Shown piece after piece: positions 56,824 to 64,000 of a stretch of 64,000 nucleotides of DNA (the first letter of the stretch is position 1; the number at the start of each line of letters is the position of its first letter). This stretch comes from Monocercomonoides exilis PA203 (lineage: Eukaryota; Protista; Preaxostyla). Where the stretch lies: the NCBI GenBank assembly GCA_001643675.2, contig LSRY02000003.1:434001-498000 (forward strand), given 5' to 3'. The notes beneath the pieces are model-generated. The model ran no database searches. It saw only the letters and a list, made by a program, of their open reading frames with translations, and was not told the origin of the DNA. Position numbers and translations under genes: made by a program.

Positions 56824-59800
56824 TCAGCGTTTTTGCTTTCCAGAAGAGCTCAAAATTGTAAAGATGCGTTCAAGCTGTGCAGATATTGCTTTATCTTTTG
56901 AAAATCGACTGATTAACACTAAAACAGAAAGATTGCCTGAACTTTCAAGCATTTTGCGCAGAGGGTGACTTCCATCTCTGCAAATCTGAGAAAAGACTCT
57001 GTGTGACACAAGAGCCGTCAGCAAATCAAGCGCCCGCAAACGGATCGAGCGAGTGTTGTGCAGAAGCAGCTGGACAAGCAGCTCTGCCAGCCCTTCGTCT
57101 GCGAGTGTTCTCGCGTGCAACTCAGATGCCAGCAGCGAGAAAAGAGGCACCACAAACTCCAGCGTGACCTGCGAGAACGGAAGTGTAAGGAGATTCAGAA
57201 GCGAGCGCAGAAGCGGCAGAGGCACAGCAGCTGCTTCGAGATCGCACCGGCGAAAGAGCTCGTCCGCCAGCAGGCACAGCTCTCCAGCCACGTCCAGCGG
57301 AGGGCTGCAGCGAAGGAGCACATCAATTGACTTGAGCAGCTCTGTGTGTTGTGCACCAGAATGCTCTCGATGCTTCTCCTCATTCGCTTTTCCTTTTGCA
57401 ACTGATTTCTGGTTTAGCGCAGATGGAAGAGAAACTGCAGAGGGAAGCTGATTTGTGTGTGCCAAACAGAAAGCAACATCGGCTCTGAGAACAGCAAGTG
57501 CTGATTTGTCTTCGACCTCACTGTCTTTCACAGGAAGCATCATCGGCAGCAGAAGAGAATGGCACTCGTCGACTGCTCTTTTGAGCCAGTTGCGCATCTC
57601 CTTTGTGTGAAGCGGGTGTGCAATGCGCTGGGAAATAGCCTTCCACACGTCGCATTCCAGCTGCAGGAGCGCAATGGACGATTCAGTGGATGGAATGGGA
57701 TGAAAAGGCAGAACAGATGGAAGGTGAAGAGAAGAAGACAGGGACATAAAAGAAGATGCTGATGGATGTTGTTTGGAGTGTGAAAAAGAAGATGAGGTTG
57801 AATGAAGATGACCAGATTGTGCTTTAAGTTTGGTATGAGAATTGATATAATCACGCGAAGCAGCATCTGTAGAAGAAGAGGAGGAGGAAGAGAAAGAAGA
57901 AGATGATGATGATGACAATGATGAAGATATTGAAGAAGAAAACGTTGAAAAGCGAGGTGTCAGTAGAGAAGACTGAGAAGAAAAAGAATATGATAAAATT
58001 GGAGCAGATGACGTGGTAGAAGAAGTGGAAGTGGAAGATGAACGTGAAGTGTGTGGAAAATCCTGTCTTTGAGACAGAGAATGCAATGAAAGAGAAGGAA
58101 GCGAGCTGCGAAGAGATTTGTCCAAAGGCAAATGTTTGCTCTGTGGAATATCTTCTTTTGAAGCAAACTGCTGCACTTTTTGAGAATCAGCGCATTTCAA
58201 TGAGTTGTGTGAGTGAATAAACGTGGGTTCCTCTGACTTGTGGAGCGAAGGAGCATCTGAATCAGACTCATTTTCAGACAGAGGCTGAGGTTGAAGCTGT
58301 GGTTGAATATGCTCCTGTGAATGCAAGTGGAAATCTGTCTCACTCAGTCGCTTCCACTCCTCTGCATTCGTCTCACTTTCTGCTCTTTCTGAATGTGTTT
58401 TGGCTTCGGCATCTCGTTCCTTTTCTTTCTCTGTTCTTTCTGCTTTCTCTCTTTCCTCTTCTTCCTTCAGATATTCTTCCGCAGCCAGCTGTTTTTCTCT
58501 TTCCATCCGCTCAGTGTCACTCTTCATCATCTGTATTGCATTCTCTCTTTGGATTCCTTCCTCCACCGCTGCGATGTCAACGACCCTTCCGAACTTCTGC
58601 TTCACCCCTTCTTTCCTGGCGCTGAGGACAGAGCTGTTTCTGAGGCGCAGCGAATGGAAGAAGTCGTCTCCTTCTCCCAGGCGCAGCCACAGCAGCTCGT
58701 GCTGTGTTAGTCTCTGCGGCGGCGTGCTTATCAGAGAAAGGCCGGTTGAAGGGCGGAGCGGAGAAATGAAGAACGGGTGGGAAAGCGCCTGGGAGGAGGA
58801 GATGCGGGAGGAAGGGGACGGGTCGAGCAGGCGGGAGAGAAGATGGCTGGAGGCGGATGAAAAACAAGGGGAGTGGAGTGGGGGTGTTGTGGAGAGTGTT
58901 TCCATTTGGCTGGATAAAAAAAAGGAAGTGTGTTTGTGAAGATGTTAAATGAATGTTTAAAATGCAATAGCAATAATGGAAAAAATAAATAAATAAATAA
59001 TAAAGCAAACTGTATTCTGTCTTCTTCGCTGTCGCAGTTGAATGGGTGCCTATTTAACAGAGTTAAAATAGGTTTTGAAGACAGTTTTTGTTTAGCAATG
59101 AAATGCACAAAACAACGGACAAACAAAAATTTCAGCATTTATTCAAGAAAAAAAGAAAAAAGAAAAAGAAAGAAAGAAAGAAAGAGAAAAGAGAAAATTT
59201 GGCAAGTATCTTAAAATACCTTCCTGAAAGCATCATAAACAGGATGATTCCAACTGAATAAAGATCGGATTTTCCCCCAACTTTGCCTCCACTCAGAGCT
59301 TCTGGGCTGCAAAATGGATGAGAACTGTATTTTCAATTTGGAGACAATAATAAAAAACGCAAAAGTCGATGAAATTAAAAGAAAAACAGGTATTGAAACA
59401 TGACGATTTTAAAAATTGGTATTTAAAAATTAAAAATAAAAAAAAAATAACTCATTTCAAACTTGCATTTGTTCTTTGTAAGAAAACCAGATTCTTTTGA
59501 AGGAACAGCAGAGAAAAACAGATCACCCAATTTCACTTCTATTTCTCCGGGCTCTGCTTCTGATAAATGGAAAAATACATTTTCAGGCTTTATGCAACTG
59601 TTCAGATGCAGTCATTTGAAAATGCGGAATAAGAGGAGATTTTAAATCAAACAACAATAACAACAACAATTTCCTCATATAAATTTCATCTTTTAAATAG
59701 CAAAGAAAATACTGATAGCACATTCTGTTCCGATGAACTGAAAAGAGTGCTTTCACTGAAAAATCAATGTAAAGAGAGATTGAAAGAAAGAAAAAAAGAA

Positions 59801-60633
59801 AGAAAGAAAGAAAGAATGTATGAAAATGAAATCGTCTGTAAGAACAAAGCAATACAAATTGAAAAGGCTATTGTCTTTGCTGCTTCAAGCGGCAAAGAAG
59901 TATTGCGCGCGAGAAGAACTTTCAGTGACTTGTAATTTTAATTTTCAAAATTGAGCAAATTTCAAAAGGGAGACAAACTCCTTCGTTGCAATAGTCCATT
60001 AAAAGAAGATGATAAGGATCAGCATCTTTTCTAGCAAACGGTTTTGCAATATGAGGATTAGTTTCTTCTTTTCTTTATAAACAAGAAAATACAAAAGAAA
60101 TATGTGCAAAGAAAAAAAATAGAATACACAATTACACGAGCCATCAAATTCCAATCGGTCTCATTAAATATTTTAAGAAGTCCTATCTTTAAAACATAAG
60201 TTTTTTTATCCTTTTCCTTTCGTCTCACCAAATAAGAACTAGAAATAATTCATAAAATAAACTAAAAAAATGAAACTCAAAACCGTCCATAAGTTCCACA
60301 TCCTTAAAATGCTCATTTTATTAAAAATTGAAAAGATAAAGCAAACCAAGATATTGAAACAACTAGATTCAATAAAAAATCAAATTCACTGAAACTTTCT
60401 TAAATATATAATTAATCACTTCAAGCTTGCTTTCTTCAATCAACCTTTTGTCTAATTTATAAAAATTAGATTTTGTAATAAGTGAAATCAGTTAGGCACA
60501 AAGCATTTCGCAAAAAGTATAATTTTCAAAATATAAATTTTCAAATAAGATATTAACAATATAAAAAGGCAATCATTATTTATTTGTATAATTTATACGC
60601 ACCAATCGATTCTTGTTGATTTTGTTGTTGCAT
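56824..60633 (-). CDS. Intron-rich Ser/Thr-kinase-fold protein, probable pseudokinase, with Ser-rich linker and helical (ARM-like) C-terminus
   Basis: Manual splicing of ~11 small exons gives YLGCGTYGRSYLV, YVLK, NPHIAK, LLMDYCNEGSL, MCYHCIKPENV, VKLGDLF, FCSPE, SDLYSVGIILFMMLSGRHPF, then LLDPSPSSRISSSQALSHPFF in the large last exon. The start exon is tentative. Confidence 0.78.
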
Positions 60634-60697
60634 GAAATTGAAAACAGCATAAACATAAATTTTCGGTACATAACATTTTTTATTTCATTTATTAACA

Positions 60698-61960
60698 ATG
60701 GGTTTAAGTCAGTTATGGATTAACAAATTCATTTCAATTTGTATATTTGTTGCATTGAGAATCATTTATGATTTGATCGACTTATTTTTAAAAGTGTATT
60801 GGCTAAAACTTAAAGCTTTTGCTTTGTTGAAACGTGATCTTGATATTTTACGATTGACTTGAAGTTTTTATTGATGATGATAATTGTATCAAATGAATTT
60901 ATTTAAATTTGTGTGCAAATAAGCAAGCGATAAACAAACGGAGTGAAAGAGATATCGTTGTAATAATGTGTGTTGATGATGCATTTTTAAAGAGAGGATA
61001 TTTGAGGAGTTTGTGATGAAATTATTGACGATTCCCCTTCCTATATTTGATGAGGATAAAGTTCAATCCTGAATAAATATTTGTATTTTTCAACTTTATT
61101 TTAAATGTATTATTCATTTATCATTAATTGTTTCACATCTTTTTTATGACAGCGTTTCTTATTCAAAGATGGTTTTTGAGGTGTGCATCAAAATTGAAAA
61201 AGTTAAGTAATTTTTGAATATGTGATGAGATTTGACGTTTTTTTCTTCTTTCCCCGTCTGAACGGCGATGATTGACTTACGTCTAATATAGATATCTGAA
61301 ATTTTGATTTTAAATATTTTGTAAAATTTTTTAAGATTTTCATTTTCAAATTATTATTATATTTTGTTTCGAAATTATTATTTTATTTTTATTTTTTTGT
61401 TAAATATTTAGGTTTGATGAAAAAAAGATGTGATGTTTGCAATGATGAAATTATCATAGGGACATCTGAAAACTGGGATAAACGTGTTAACATGAATCTC
61501 GTTACACGCCTGGATAACTGTCGATTTATGATTCTGAAATTATTTTGCAATTTTCGGATTTAATGCGACTATTTTGATAATTCTATTAACATTAAAAATC
61601 ATTCAATATCTATTTTTATATATTGATGATTTGCTCATGTATTTCTTTTGAAAGGTTTGTTTCAAATCTATATAGTGTATTTTGTTGGCGATGATGATTG
61701 ATTATGTCAGAAATATTTGATGAAGATACTAATCGGCATTGAGTCTTTCGCTCCTATCTGAGGCTTTTTTTTATTATTTGTTTTATTTTTGTAATTTATT
61801 TATTTTGAAAACATTGAAATTTTTTTTATTTATGTTTGTTAAAAATTCTATAGGTTTGACAATAAGTGTGTTTTGGAATATTTTTTTCAAAAAAAAAAAA
61901 TAAAAAAGAAAGCCCGCATGATGCAACGTTTTTATCTGAATCTGATGATTTATGGATTAT
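60698..61960 (+). pseudogene. Possible degenerate intron-rich gene
   Basis: Exon-like patches bounded by AG/GT alternate with AT-rich intron-like stretches, but my trial splices hit in-frame stops. No homology recognised. Confidence 0.25.
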
Positions 61961-62186
61961 TAATCTGTGTTTCAACTGATTGGGATTTTTAATTTTTGAT
62001 AGATAATAATTTTTTATTCCATGTATTCATTCAATTCATTATTTTTATTTTTTGTATAATTTATTTTACAAATAAAGATTAAACATCTAGTTGATTTCTT
62101 GAACATTTTTTAACTAAAAAAATTTTCAAAAGAGAATATAAACTTCTTATGGGTTCTTTTTAAAACTACAAAACGTTAAAATCCAC

Positions 62187-64000
62187 ATGTCAACTGTATT
62201 TGATTATGTTACTCAGTCGCCTCAGCGTTCGACGTCTCAGATAATGTATATTATTTTCATATTTTTGAACATCTTGTTCTTCTTTATTTAATCAATTTTG
62301 AAGTGATTCAAGTTTTTCAAATTCATCATCGAGGCGGTTATCATCTCAACAGTCTCCAAATTCTGAATTTGCAGCAAAGCTAACTTTGTCGGATGAAGCG
62401 AAAGGAGAAGAAACTTTTGAGTTTTCTTCGGAGATGCCTCCTGAAAGAGGTTCAGTGGAACAATTTCTTGAAAGCGAGACTGTGCATCTTCGTGATCGAT
62501 TATTCAGTTTGAAAACTATTCTTTAAAATGTACTTTGAACCTTCTAACTGAAATATAGCCTTTTCTGAAACCTATCTGAAGGAAATTAATCAAACACTTC
62601 AGGGAATCAAAAGATCTGTTGATAACCGGGACAGAGAAATTGCTCGCCTTAAAAAAGTTCATGAGCAAGAAATGCAGCAAAAATTGGTATTTCATCAACA
62701 TTTTTGTTGAACTTATTTATTTTTTTCAAAGCATGAAATTGAAGAACTTCAAACTTCTCTTGACAAGGAAACTGGAAGAAGAATACACATCAGGAATTGT
62801 CTTGAAAGGGCAGCAATTCAGCATGCACATGACATAGAAAATAAAGTTTGTTTCGAAATGTTGGCAAACTTAATTTTTGATAAAAATGATATTTCTTTTT
62901 CTTTCTTTTTAACTTTTTTCCATTTATAATTTGTGAAGTACGCAAATAAATGGCTTGGAATTTGCTTTGATAGCTGGAGAAAGGGAGTTAGAGATCTTCG
63001 TGAAGCTTCAATGAGAAAGCAGAAAGCAAAGACATTTCATGTTTTGTTTATGGTCAAGAAATGTTTCTCTCGCTGGAGGACTTTCACTCTATTCAATGGA
63101 CTTTCTCGTGCCAAAGATCAGTGGACAATTGCACTGGAGAAGTCTAATGCCGAGCTGGCAGGACAATACGAACAGGCAATACAGCAGCTCCAGCAGCAGC
63201 TCTTCCAAGCGCAGGAGCAGCTGCGAAAGGAAAAGGCCGACAGAACAGCTTTCCACACTGATCTGCGCAATGCTGTGTTCCGCGGAGTGACTGCGCTCAA
63301 CCAGGAGACGATGAAAGCGCTGCAAGCACGCGCTGACCTGGGTCTGGATCTTCCACCACCGCCAGGCATCGGCACAGGCTTTCCTGGCCCTTCTGTCGCA
63401 GCCGGAGGCTCAGAACGGGTGCTGCTGCAGTTGGGGATGGCAATGGCCGACGGAATAGCAGCGGCAGGAGGTCTTCCATCGTCTGGTAATGAACAGCCCA
63501 GAGCGCCATCTGACATTCCCTTTCAGCAGCAGCAAGAGGAGGAGAAGATGATGATTGAGATGCTGTCTCAGCAAAGGGCACAGCAGCCGTTTTCGCAGAG
63601 AGGAAGCGAAAGCCAACTCCCGAAAAAGAGAAAAATACGATTTGAGCAGTCAGAGCAATCAATTGCTGGTAATCCCTCAAAGAGAAAAAGCAGTAATAAA
63701 GTCAAAAAGACGCCAACGTCGCAATTGAAGAAAGATTTTATTGGATTGACTGGAAAGAAATCGAATGGAGAAAATGAAATAAAAGAAAATCGGCTGATTG
63801 CTTCTCAAAGAGGAGATGCATCCGCACAGCAAGAAAGAGAAAGAGAAATAGAAGAAAGAGGAGAAGAAGAAGAGTATCCTGGCAATTTTGGAGAGGAGCA
63901 TCTGCCTGAAGATGAGATGGCTGCTCAGAACATTCCGCAAAAAGGAGATTTGGAAGGGAAAGACGAAGAAGTTGATAGAGAGGAAGAAATGGATGAGAAT
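62187..64000 (+). CDS. POC5: Centriolar centrin-binding protein POC5, 3'-partial, at least 5 exons
   Basis: Coiled coil, Sfi1-type repeats (CFDSWR, KKCFSRWR) and the POC5 box LRNAVFRGVTALNQETM at ~63263-63315 (cf. MKKAFMRGVCALNLEAM). Confidence 0.85.

Noticed and set aside
1-64000. tRNA/rRNA genes and autonomous transposons
   Set aside because: No cloverleaf, rRNA-like, reverse transcriptase, integrase or transposase signature recognised by eye; a covariance-model or HMM scan would be needed to exclude them.

Overview
AT-rich, intron-containing eukaryotic genomic DNA in the standard genetic code (genes end in TAA, TAG and TGA). Short GT-AG introns, pervasive poly-Ser (TCT)n insertions and giant intronless receptor-like pseudokinase genes suggest an oxymonad such as Monocercomonoides; this is inference, not checked. 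Gene models were built by hand from splice sites and reading phase: RIT1 (runs off the left end), two paralogous 2.5-2.7 kaa surface receptor-like pseudokinases, an uncharacterised protein, a TMEM107-like protein, Tctex1/DYNLT, a ~5,900-aa SKI3/TTC37-like TPR protein, glutaminyl-tRNA synthetase, a Tgl2/lactonizing-type lipase, a multi-pass membrane protein, an intron-rich pseudokinase and POC5 (runs off the right end). Most notable: (1) the two receptor paralogs are mosaics, with near-identical blocks alternating with swapped modules at sharp junctions, and the variable parts adjoin C-rich blocks whose opposite strand could form G-quadruplexes, suggesting recombinational receptor diversification; (2) GlnRS is spliced to two N-terminal RRM-like domains; (3) a ~2.3 kb non-coding array at 42.6-44.8 kb holds long palindromes and a ~26-bp motif in strictly alternating orientation.
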